Origin: an uncultured Rikenellaceae bacterium
GTDB lineage: Bacteria; Bacteroidota; Bacteroidia; Bacteroidales; VadinHA17
Assembly: GCA_964633195.1 (NCBI GenBank)
Contig: CAZWFL010000003.1
Span: 69,795-133,794 of the forward strand
Direction of reading: 5' to 3'
DNA: 64,000 bases
This document shows, piece by piece, positions 29,476-37,522 of the stretch. Numbering within the stretch: the stretch's first letter is position 1; each line of letters opens with the position of its first letter. The notes under the pieces were generated by a model. The model made no database searches. It was not told where the DNA came from and saw only the letters and a list, made by a program, of their open reading frames with translations. A program made the translations under genes and the position numbers.

Positions 29476-29547
29476 CTCTTAATCTCAAAATAATTACCAA
29501 CCAGTGCCGAAGAGATTCATAGTCTCCTCCCTCCTGCAACAAAGGGG

Positions 29548-29555
29548 CAAATGTA
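29548..29555 (-). promoter_or_regulatory. -7 promoter box TACATTTG
   Basis: The reverse complement of caaatgta is an exact TAnnTTTG match ~73 nt upstream of the start at 29475. Confidence 0.35.
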
Positions 29556-29600
29556 GCTTTTTTAAGATCAGCTGCAACAGGTAAACACAAAAACCGTTCA

Positions 29601-31307
29601 TCAGTGCCGCACTGCCACAACAAACCGTCCCGTTGATATAAAACCCGTGACCCGGTTCCTGAACCGGACCAAATAGATTCCCGGTGGCATAGCCGTTATA
29701 TCAATAATGACCGGACTCCCGTCATTTGCCTCAATGTCGTAATCTCTTATCCTTACCCCCGCTATATCATATATCGCTATATTGAGGTTCCCTCGCAGGT
29801 CCTCTGGTATAACTGCGTTAATACAGGATGCAGCCGGGTTCGGATATAATAACGGCAAGGAATGAGTGGTAGTATCCACAGGATCCGGAATACGTTCCAT
29901 CTGAACCATCAGGTCGTACCTTTGCCTTGAACCGGCAACAACGCCGGTCACGACTGTGTCCCTGTAACCATCTGCACTGAAGGTCAGGCTCCACGAGCCG
30001 GAACCGATAAGTCTGATGAATCTTCCTGATAAAGTGTCAGAATATATATGCGAACTATCCCCGTCGTGCCCCTCAATAAAGATTCTGGCAGGGACCGGGT
30101 CACCACTTCTGCTGTCAGTTACTTTCCCGTGAATTCCATATAATGCATTTTCAAGATAACCGGTCAGCGCTTCCCTGTTATATTCCCACAGATCATCCAG
30201 CCTCCCCGGCGGTGTAACATAGTCCCTGTCAAGTTCGATGGTTACCTCCCTGCCCTGCAATTCATACACTATGTAGTCCTGCCTTCCGCCATATATCTGA
30301 TACCACTCGTAACCGTTGGTAATGCCGTTATTGAACATTGTCATATAATCAGCTTCCGAGTAATTATGCACCGTGTCGGCGTAAGCTTCAGAGATATCGT
30401 AGAACCAGCTGTTATCGGCATGGTATCTTTGCCATCTGTCCCAGGGATAATTCACAACCTCGGCACCCGAATGAAAGTTGGCTGACAGAACAAAGCGATG
30501 TTTTGAAAGGAATTTCATCATATCGAGAGTCTCCTTCTGCCTTGGCGGATTAACTCCGGCAGGATCCGGAAAATTCCTGTTAAGGTCATACCCGTTTGCG
30601 TTGAATCTTACGGGAGAAGTGATTGTATCGCTTATGTTATAAGTTCCATCGGGATTTGCCAGAGGATTAATCCATATCTGAAGGTTATCCATAAGGTTCC
30701 TGATCGTGCCTCCGGCGCTGTAACCTGTGAGCAGATAATCAGCCAAACGGAGCATCAGGACAAATCCACCGGTCTCATCACCATGTATTGTTGAAGAGAA
30801 GAAAACATCCGGCTCATCCTCCTCGTCCTCAGCAGCATTATCAGATATCTTAAGGGCATATACTATTCTGCCGTTTATGCTGGTCCCGATTGTGTCGAGC
30901 CTGCACAGACCGGGGAAGCTGTCAGCGTAATAATTCATTATCGAATCATACTGCTGCCATGTAGGGTAGGTGTTCCACTCCATGGCTTCAGCTTTGTTGC
31001 GGGCACTTGTTCTTCCCTTGTGTTCCTCCGGAACCTTTATTTCATACCGGTACTGCTGATTGGTAAACCAGGCAGCGGTAATACGGGAAAGTATGATATG
31101 AACCCGGCCACCAATTACTTTACTTATGGAGACATTACGGGTAAGCAGGTCGAAAGCTTTCTGTCCCGGGTAACCAATAATCACTTCAGCCTGGCCCCTT
31201 TCACTTATTATTTCCAGCAGATCCTGATCCTGATGGTTTGGCTGAGAATAGGACGGATGAAAACAGAAAGGAAATATTAAGATTGATATGATCAGCCACC
31301 TTGTCAT
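29601..31307 (-). CDS. M14 zinc carboxypeptidase with T9SS C-terminal sorting domain
   Basis: HGDE zinc motif (STIHGDETGG), SANFHSGAEVVNYPWD, and a C-terminal LYPNPA...IYDIAG...GIYLVR Por-type CTD. The ATG at 31307 avoids overlap with ychF. Confidence 0.85.
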   Translation of the reverse strand: MTRWLIISILIFPFCFHPSYSQPNHQDQDLLEIISERGQAEVIIGYPGQKAFDLLTRNVSISKVIGGRVHIILSRITAAWFTNQQYRYEIKVPEEHKGRTSARNKAEAMEWNTYPTWQQYDSIMNYYADSFPGLCRLDTIGTSINGRIVYALKISDNAAEDEEDEPDVFFSSTIHGDETGGFVLMLRLADYLLTGYSAGGTIRNLMDNLQIWINPLANPDGTYNISDTITSPVRFNANGYDLNRNFPDPAGVNPPRQKETLDMMKFLSKHRFVLSANFHSGAEVVNYPWDRWQRYHADNSWFYDISEAYADTVHNYSEADYMTMFNNGITNGYEWYQIYGGRQDYIVYELQGREVTIELDRDYVTPPGRLDDLWEYNREALTGYLENALYGIHGKVTDSRSGDPVPARIFIEGHDGDSSHIYSDTLSGRFIRLIGSGSWSLTFSADGYRDTVVTGVVAGSRQRYDLMVQMERIPDPVDTTTHSLPLLYPNPAASCINAVIPEDLRGNLNIAIYDIAGVRIRDYDIEANDGSPVIIDITAMPPGIYLVRFRNRVTGFISTGRFVVAVRH

Positions 31308-31314
31308 CCGGGGT

Positions 31315-32412
31315 TTAGACGTTAAACCTGATATGCAGTAAATCTCCGTCTTCAACGATATAATTCCTGCCCTCTATCAACAATCTGCCGGCCTCTCTGC
31401 AGGCATGTTCCGAATGGAGTTCCATGAAATCGTTGTATTTTATTACCTCGGCCCTGATAAAGCCCTTTTCGAGATCGCTGTGTATAACACCTGCTGCCTG
31501 TGAGGCAGTCATACCTTTTTTTATGGTCCAGGCCCTTATTTCCTTTGGCCCGATGGTAAAAAAAGTCTGAAGATTCAGCAATCTGTATGCAGCTCTTACC
31601 AGTTTATCAACTCCCGGCTCATCAAGTCCTGCGTCTCTGAGGAAAGCCATTCTGTCTTCATTATTATCAAGCTCGGCTATTTCAGCCTCAAGTGCGCCGG
31701 CAATCACCAGTATTTCCGATCCGCTTCCCTTCATATGAACTCTTACACTATCAACATAACGGTTGCCACTTAAAGCCGATTGTTCATCAACATTGCACAC
31801 ATATATAACGGGTTTCATCGTGAGCAGGAAGAGGTCGTCGATATATTTACGGTCTTCATTCTTAATCTCCAGTGTCCGGGCGTTATTCATATTACCGATA
31901 TGGTCCCTGAACTTATAAAGCACCTCACATCCCTGTTTTGCATCCTTTTCTCCTGCCCTTACAGCCTTTTCAAGCTTTTGTATCTTTTTCTCCACAGATT
32001 CAAGGTCCCTGGCCTGAAGCTCGAAATCGATTGTCTCAAGGTCCCTCACCGGATCGACAGATCCGTCTATATGCTGAAGGGTATCGCTGTCGAAACACCT
32101 GAGAACATGCATTATCGCATCGGTGTTCCTGATATCTCCCAGAAACCTGTTCCCGACACCTTCTCCATGACTTGAGCCCCGGGCAAGACCGGGAACATCA
32201 ACGATCTCCATTGTGGTATGAACGATTTTTTCAGTTACCTGGTATTTTGCCAGCTCATAAAGTCGTGGGTCGGGAACCTGAACGATTCCCATGTTTGATT
32301 TAGTGGCGCTGAAAGCGTATGAGCTCACCTCTCCCCTGGTCCCCGATATACAATTGAAGATCGTTGTCTTACCAACATTTGTGACTCCCGTAATGCCGCA
32401 CTGCAATGCCAT
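31315..32412 (-). CDS. ychF: redox-regulated ATPase YchF
   Basis: 365 aa; G1 GITGVTNVGKTTIFN and TGS-domain C-terminus; start overlaps the hisS stop (TGATG). Confidence 0.93.
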   Translation of the reverse strand: MALQCGITGVTNVGKTTIFNCISGTRGEVSSYAFSATKSNMGIVQVPDPRLYELAKYQVTEKIVHTTMEIVDVPGLARGSSHGEGVGNRFLGDIRNTDAIMHVLRCFDSDTLQHIDGSVDPVRDLETIDFELQARDLESVEKKIQKLEKAVRAGEKDAKQGCEVLYKFRDHIGNMNNARTLEIKNEDRKYIDDLFLLTMKPVIYVCNVDEQSALSGNRYVDSVRVHMKGSGSEILVIAGALEAEIAELDNNEDRMAFLRDAGLDEPGVDKLVRAAYRLLNLQTFFTIGPKEIRAWTIKKGMTASQAAGVIHSDLEKGFIRAEVIKYNDFMELHSEHACREAGRLLIEGRNYIVEDGDLLHIRFNV

Positions 32413-33791
32413 CAGTTCGTCATTTTAAGATTGTTCGCGGCAAAAAGGTCCAGTTCATTCAGTGTCATTCTGATCTGCTCACCTGTCTCCATTACCTTTA
32501 CAGTCACTTCATTATTACGGATCTCTTCCTCTCCGGCAAGAACTACAAAGGGTATCCTGTTGGAGTCGGCGTAAGACATCTGCTTCCTGATCTTCACGGG
32601 GTCGGGATATATTTCTGAGCTTATATTCCTGTTTTTAAGCAGGTCCGATAATCTGAGTGCATAAGCTGTCTCTTCTTCACCAAAATTAAGGATCAGAACC
32701 CTTGTTGCAGATGAACTGATTTCCCCGAAAAGGTTCAGATGCATCATGACATCATAAATCCGGTCGGCCCCGAACGAGATACCGACACCGGAGACACCTT
32801 CCATCCCAAAGACTCCTGTCAGGTTATCGTACCTGCCTCCTCCTGCTATGCTGCCAATTGCCATATCCTTTGCCTTCACCTCAATTATTGCTCCGGTATA
32901 ATAATTCAGGCCCCTTGCCAGAGTAAGATCAAATTCCAGCTCCGAAACCAGCCGGGCCGGTTCCAGAAGGTCAAATAGGGTTCTCAGTTCCTTAACACCA
33001 TTCATGGCTGTCTCGTTTCCGGCCACTATACTCTCCAGTTTCTTTAGTTTTGATGCAGTGTCGCCTTTCAGATTCAGAACCGGTTCCAGTTTCCCTATTG
33101 CAAAATCGGGGATCCCCTTGCTTCTGAGTTCTTCCTTAACCGACTCAATGCCTGTCTTGTCCATCTTGTCAATGGCAACGGTTATGTCAATGATCCTGTC
33201 TGCCTCACCGATATAAGCCGCAAGTCCTGCAAGTACTTTTCTGTTGTTAATCTTTATACCAGCGGCTATACCAAGCCTCTTAAAGATATCATCTGTAATC
33301 CTGATGAGTTCATATTCATTTAGTAACGAATCACTTCCTATAATATCCGCATCGCACTGAAAAAATTCCCTGTACCTCCCTTTCTGCGGCCTGTCAGCCC
33401 TCCACACAGGCTGTATCTGGTACCTCCTGAATGGAAAGACTATCTCGTTCCGATGCTGAACGACATACCTGGCAAACGGCACGGTCAGATCATAACGTAA
33501 CCCTTTCCCGCACATCTTCAGTGAGAGCCTGTTAAGATCCCTTCCTGCCAGCTCATCATCACCTATCTCCGAAAGGAAATCCCCGGAGTCAAGTATTCTG
33601 AAAATAAGCCTGTCGCCCTCATCACCATACTTGCCGAGAAGTGTGGTAAGATTCTCCATTGCGGGGGTTTCGATCGGCTTGTAACCATAAAGCCTGAAAA
33701 TCTGTCTGATCGTATCGAAAATATAATCCCTTCCCAGCATCTCTCCTGCCGAGAAATCCCTCGTTCCCTTTGGTATGGATGGTTTGGACAT
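32412..33791 (-). CDS. hisS: histidine--tRNA ligase
   Basis: 459 aa; class II aaRS motifs ([39 protein letters not shown]). Confidence 0.93.
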   Translation of the reverse strand: MSKPSIPKGTRDFSAGEMLGRDYIFDTIRQIFRLYGYKPIETPAMENLTTLLGKYGDEGDRLIFRILDSGDFLSEIGDDELAGRDLNRLSLKMCGKGLRYDLTVPFARYVVQHRNEIVFPFRRYQIQPVWRADRPQKGRYREFFQCDADIIGSDSLLNEYELIRITDDIFKRLGIAAGIKINNRKVLAGLAAYIGEADRIIDITVAIDKMDKTGIESVKEELRSKGIPDFAIGKLEPVLNLKGDTASKLKKLESIVAGNETAMNGVKELRTLFDLLEPARLVSELEFDLTLARGLNYYTGAIIEVKAKDMAIGSIAGGGRYDNLTGVFGMEGVSGVGISFGADRIYDVMMHLNLFGEISSSATRVLILNFGEEETAYALRLSDLLKNRNISSEIYPDPVKIRKQMSYADSNRIPFVVLAGEEEIRNNEVTVKVMETGEQIRMTLNELDLFAANNLKMTN

Positions 33792-33792
33792 A

Positions 33793-33848
33793 GATTAAAG
33801 ATAAAAGACAAAAGTAAAAAGATAAAAGTAAAATGGTAAAAGTAAGAT
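33793..33848. repeat. degenerate 7-nt-period A-rich array (GATAAAA-like x8)
   Basis: gattaaa gataaaa gacaaaa gtaaaaa gataaaa gtaaaat ggtaaaa gtaagat, immediately upstream of the hisS ATG. Confidence 0.7.
33809..33816 (-). promoter_or_regulatory. -7 promoter box TACTTTTG (hisS)
   Basis: Exact TAnnTTTG match on the minus strand 17 nt upstream of the hisS ATG, embedded in the 7-nt-period array. Confidence 0.35.
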
Positions 33849-33885
33849 ACCGGTCAAAGGTATTAAAGATAGGGGGAAATAAAAA

Positions 33886-33941
33886 GTGGTGAGTGGTGAG
33901 TGGTGAGTGGTGAGTGGTGAGTGGTGAGTGGTGAGTGGTGA
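33886..33941. repeat. perfect heptanucleotide microsatellite (GTGGTGA)x8
   Basis: Eight identical tandem 7-mers followed by one degenerate unit (GTAGTCT); starts 7 nt beyond the stop of the DUF4870 gene. Confidence 0.95.
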
Positions 33942-33948
33942 GTAGTCT

Positions 33949-34305
33949 CTACTGGATGAAGGGGATGGAGATCGGATACCTGTATTCTTCACCCTTTGAA
34001 GCCCTGATGCTTGCAATGATTATGCATATTATCTCAAGCACCCCCAGGAAGATGATAATAGGTATACCTATAATAATAATGGAGAGAGGGGCAGCCAGGA
34101 TCATATACAGGAGTATCGAAAGCTGGAAATTCAGTGAAGCTTTTCCGTTCTGGTTTACCCACTGCGATTCATCTTTCCTGGATAACCAGCAGATCAGGGG
34201 GCCTATCACTCCCCCGAAAGGGAAGAAGTAGCCTGCAAAAGCGGAGAGATGGCACAGCATTGCCCAGTTCCGTTCCGGTTCCGATAATTCCCTTATTTCT
34301 CTCAT
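33949..34305 (-). CDS. DUF4870 domain-containing membrane protein
   Basis: 118 aa; ERNWAMLCHLSAFAGYFFPFGGVIGPLICWL...NFQLS... pattern typical of DUF4870. Confidence 0.78.
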   Translation of the reverse strand: MREIRELSEPERNWAMLCHLSAFAGYFFPFGGVIGPLICWLSRKDESQWVNQNGKASLNFQLSILLYMILAAPLSIIIIGIPIIIFLGVLEIICIIIASIRASKGEEYRYPISIPFIQ

Positions 34306-34356
34306 GACAATCTTGTGTTTACAAAAAGACGGTAAAATTCGTTAAATGATGCATGG

Positions 34357-35205
34357 TCAGAATCTTGACAGGCGCTTCAGATCTGAAGGCAGCAGGCCCC
34401 CGGGATTATTTCTGTCGATCCTGTGCTGGTTATAGTAATACATCTCTGAATCGTCTGTCCCTATCAGCATCTTGAAACAGTATCCTGCATTTCTCCCCTC
34501 CGGTGGACCAACCATATGAAGAATAACGGTGTTGGGAGACTTATCACTGACTGCCTTTATTATCTCTTCTTCCGTAACAATCTCAATCTTACTGCTGTAG
34601 AAAGATTTTATACTCTCTGCAGTGTTTATGGCGGGAGAGAGGTCCTCCTGAACGACCAGGATCGTTTTTTCTGCAACCCGGGGTATATTCTTGTTATAGT
34701 ATGTCAGAAACCGTCTGCCTGATACTGATGGCTCGGCAGAGATGAGCCTGGCATGGTTTTGCATGAACATCAGGATCGCACCGAGCTTGTACCCGTATTC
34801 AAGGTCCTCCTCACCGGCAAATGCGAGCGGAACGGCGCAAATCTCAGGCATCTCATTCAGCTGCCTGACCTTCTTCCCCTGAAGAAGATTGATAAAGTAA
34901 AAGCTTGAATTCGATTTATCCCTGTCGAAACTTGTTTCTGTTACAAGAATAAACGACCATGACGGATCGGCACGACGCGCTTCAAACTCCTCCTCACCTA
35001 TGAATTCGTAAGGCGTAATGGTCCAGAAATCATCCATAGCCTGCCTTATGTAAAGATTAAAGGGCGAGAAAGGATCACTATCAGAGACAACGCACGTTGT
35101 TGACTCTGTAAACTGCCTTATCTCACTGCTGCCCGGAAAAGGAGCCTGCCCATTTGTTGCCGCAACAATGCACAACAATACAATGAATGCCGGAATTCTT
35201 TTCAT
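34357..35205 (-). CDS. hypothetical secreted protein
   Basis: 282 aa; signal peptide MKRIPAFIVLLCIVAATNGQ; no recognisable motif. Confidence 0.6.
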   Translation of the reverse strand: MKRIPAFIVLLCIVAATNGQAPFPGSSEIRQFTESTTCVVSDSDPFSPFNLYIRQAMDDFWTITPYEFIGEEEFEARRADPSWSFILVTETSFDRDKSNSSFYFINLLQGKKVRQLNEMPEICAVPLAFAGEEDLEYGYKLGAILMFMQNHARLISAEPSVSGRRFLTYYNKNIPRVAEKTILVVQEDLSPAINTAESIKSFYSSKIEIVTEEEIIKAVSDKSPNTVILHMVGPPEGRNAGYCFKMLIGTDDSEMYYYNQHRIDRNNPGGLLPSDLKRLSRF

Positions 35206-35254
35206 CAGATAAAAAGCTAGTGTTAATTACAGGAGACAAAACTAATGTTTTATA

Positions 35255-36022
35255 TCAGTTTGCGGGAAGAAACAGAGGATTCTTTTCGTTAAACCTTCTG
35301 ATAAATACGAACAACTGCTCTCTCTTTTTCTTTCTTGAGAGTCTCATATATTCATCGTGCAGCTCGCCATCCTTCATGAGCAGCATCTCTGCATTCTTGA
35401 TGTCATACTCCAGTATCCTGCCTGATTCAAATTCAATAAGATACTGTCTTGCTTCATTTCTGACGACATTCTGCCGGTACGGAGAATACATTGATCTGTA
35501 TGGTGAATAGTAACCTCCGTAGTAAGATGGCGAGTAGTAAGATGAATAAGGAGAATAGTAAGGGGAATAGTAAGGATCGTAATAACCATAAGGTGAATTG
35601 TAGTTGCGGTTATCATAATAAGAGACATCCGCGACAAAATGACTGATGCTGCCAACATAGGTAATCCTGTTGAAAATTCCCTGAACCTGAATATAAAGGA
35701 CGCCGTTCCGGGAATAACCCCAGATACTATTGGTCTCAATCTCCTGCCTCAGCCCCATGCCATCGTAAAAATAGACCTTCTCGGTTGAGAGTACCTTTTT
35801 GAAGAAATCTTTATCGTTGTAATCAGCAGATGTCAGAATCTTGGCCTTGGGTATGGGATTGTTAAGCTTAACCTGTTCGAAATTCATATAAATACCCTCC
35901 TTAAACCTGAAATCGGGAGTGAATCTAACCAGATCCTCACCATCCTGACCATTGATAATCAAGGGACAAGCTATAGAAAACAGAAACAGTGCCAGAATAT
36001 GTTTCAAATAAACCCTCCTCAT
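35255..36022 (-). CDS. hypothetical secreted protein with Tyr/Ser/Pro-rich core
   Basis: 255 aa; signal peptide; residues ~135-182 are YYDNRNYNSPYGYYDPYYSPYYSPYSSYYSPSYYGGYYSPYRSMYSPY. Confidence 0.65.
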   Translation of the reverse strand: MRRVYLKHILALFLFSIACPLIINGQDGEDLVRFTPDFRFKEGIYMNFEQVKLNNPIPKAKILTSADYNDKDFFKKVLSTEKVYFYDGMGLRQEIETNSIWGYSRNGVLYIQVQGIFNRITYVGSISHFVADVSYYDNRNYNSPYGYYDPYYSPYYSPYSSYYSPSYYGGYYSPYRSMYSPYRQNVVRNEARQYLIEFESGRILEYDIKNAEMLLMKDGELHDEYMRLSRKKKREQLFVFIRRFNEKNPLFLPAN

Positions 36023-36169
36023 GATTTGCCGTTATTTAATAATTAAGGAACAAATTTTATACCATTTTTGCTCCAATTTTGTCAAAAATACTCATTTTCA
36101 TGCTAAGTTAGTTAATCATGAAATGTGTTAATTACAATATATTTTATATTTTTACGATACTGCAAACAG

Positions 36170-37522
36170 ATGTCGATGATTGATAATCCGGGAAAAAACA
36201 GGAAAACAGATGATATAAATCAGCTCTCAGACCGGTTATTCTCCGGAAGGATGAAAAACCTTGAGATCTATTCGGTAGCAGGAATTATATGCCTGATTCT
36301 TGCTGTTATTCTCATCTCCTTCGGACAAAGGCTGATTGCGGGCTCTCTTGTGATAGGGGGAGCTGCGATGATTGTCGTTGTGATGAAGAAAGCCTCAGTC
36401 ATGATCAGGAACCTGAAGGAATCGCTTAATGAAGCTGCTGAGGAAAATGAGAAACAGGGCAATGTAATATCTGTTTTCTCACACAAGATACGGGAGCCTC
36501 TCAATAACCTTGTCATTATCATCGACCTGCTTATGGCATCGGATCTCCAGAAGAAACAGAGGGAGCTTCTCGACACCTTTGTTGCCTCCACCAACAATAT
36601 GGTGAATACAGTCAATGAGCTGACCATGAAATCGGCGGCCGGGATTAAGTATGAACCAAGAAAGAATATTAAATTCAGCATAATACCCACTCTCAGGAAT
36701 ACTATTGAGCTTTTTAACCTGAAGGAGGATGCCAATATTGATTTCATCCTGAACAAGAAAGAGTTCTCCGACATGGAATTCACCGGAGATCCGGTGGTAA
36801 TGAAGCAGATATTCCTCGACATTTTCAATAACATTGAGGCTTCAGCTTCCGCTGACCGGCCGGTAAAGGTCACAATAAGTCTTAAGCAGGAGAAAGAAGT
36901 GAGAAATGAAATATTTATCGGATTCAGGATCCAGGCTGACAGAAAAATCGTTCTTACTAATGAAAATGGTTTAATCAACCTGAATGCAGTAAAGCTGATA
37001 TCATCAATAAATGGCAGTTTCAGTCAGGAGTCGGGCAGCAACTATACTGTAATCAATATTATCCTTCCATTCAGTAATCCCCGGGCCGAGCCGGATATCC
37101 CGATGCCGAAGGCTGAGGCTGTCGTAAAGAGAGCAAGGGTAAAAAAGGAGCTGAAAGATGTAAGGCTTCTGCTGGTGGAAGATAACCTGATCAATCAGAA
37201 GATCACTCATCTGACGCTTAAGCCTCTGGTCAACAGCATCGACACGGCCTCTAACGGAAGGGAGGCCATAGAGAAATTCAAGCCTTCCAGATATGACCTT
37301 ATACTGATGGATATCCAGATGCCGGTGATGAACGGACTTGTGGCAGCAGAAAAGATAAGGGAACTGGAAGCCGGCACAGATTCACATGTTCCCATTATAG
37401 CCATTACAGCCAATGCGATGCTTGGTGATAAGGAAAGATGCATTTCAGCCGGCATCGATGACTATATCAGTAAACCCTACCAGCCGGCATTGCTAATCGA
37501 CAAGATCAAGAACATCCTCTGA
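36170..37522 (+). CDS. hybrid sensor histidine kinase/response regulator (degenerate ATPase domain)
   Basis: One TM segment, H-box FSHKIREPLN and a C-terminal REC domain (LLLVEDN...LILMDIQMPVMNG...K). The G1/G2 ATP-lid motifs are not recognisable. ATG at 36170 preferred. Confidence 0.72.
   Translation: MSMIDNPGKNRKTDDINQLSDRLFSGRMKNLEIYSVAGIICLILAVILISFGQRLIAGSLVIGGAAMIVVVMKKASVMIRNLKESLNEAAEENEKQGNVISVFSHKIREPLNNLVIIIDLLMASDLQKKQRELLDTFVASTNNMVNTVNELTMKSAAGIKYEPRKNIKFSIIPTLRNTIELFNLKEDANIDFILNKKEFSDMEFTGDPVVMKQIFLDIFNNIEASASADRPVKVTISLKQEKEVRNEIFIGFRIQADRKIVLTNENGLINLNAVKLISSINGSFSQESGSNYTVINIILPFSNPRAEPDIPMPKAEAVVKRARVKKELKDVRLLLVEDNLINQKITHLTLKPLVNSIDTASNGREAIEKFKPSRYDLILMDIQMPVMNGLVAAEKIRELEAGTDSHVPIIAITANAMLGDKERCISAGIDDYISKPYQPALLIDKIKNIL

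Noticed and set aside
33793-33941. CRISPR-like array
   Set aside because: The units are 7 nt long and directly tandem with no spacers. These are microsatellites, not a CRISPR array, and no cas genes are present.
33795-34016. 73-aa ORF reading SPLTTHH repeats
   Set aside because: It is an artefact of translating the heptamer microsatellite and the A-rich array. It overlaps the hisS start region and the 3' end of the DUF4870 gene.
35374-35739. 121-aa alternative-frame ORF within the Tyr-rich gene
   Set aside because: It is a same-strand shadow frame created by the repetitive AGTAAG-type nucleotide repeats. The 255-aa frame has the signal peptide and the coherent flanks.
37493-37522. Convergent gene overlaps (37493-37522, 13470-13480, 27820-27827) as evidence of mis-called ends or antisense regulation
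   Set aside because: Both partners of each pair have plausible C-termini. Short convergent overlaps occur in compact genomes, and nothing in the sequence singles them out beyond the 30-nt case noted under the kinase finding.
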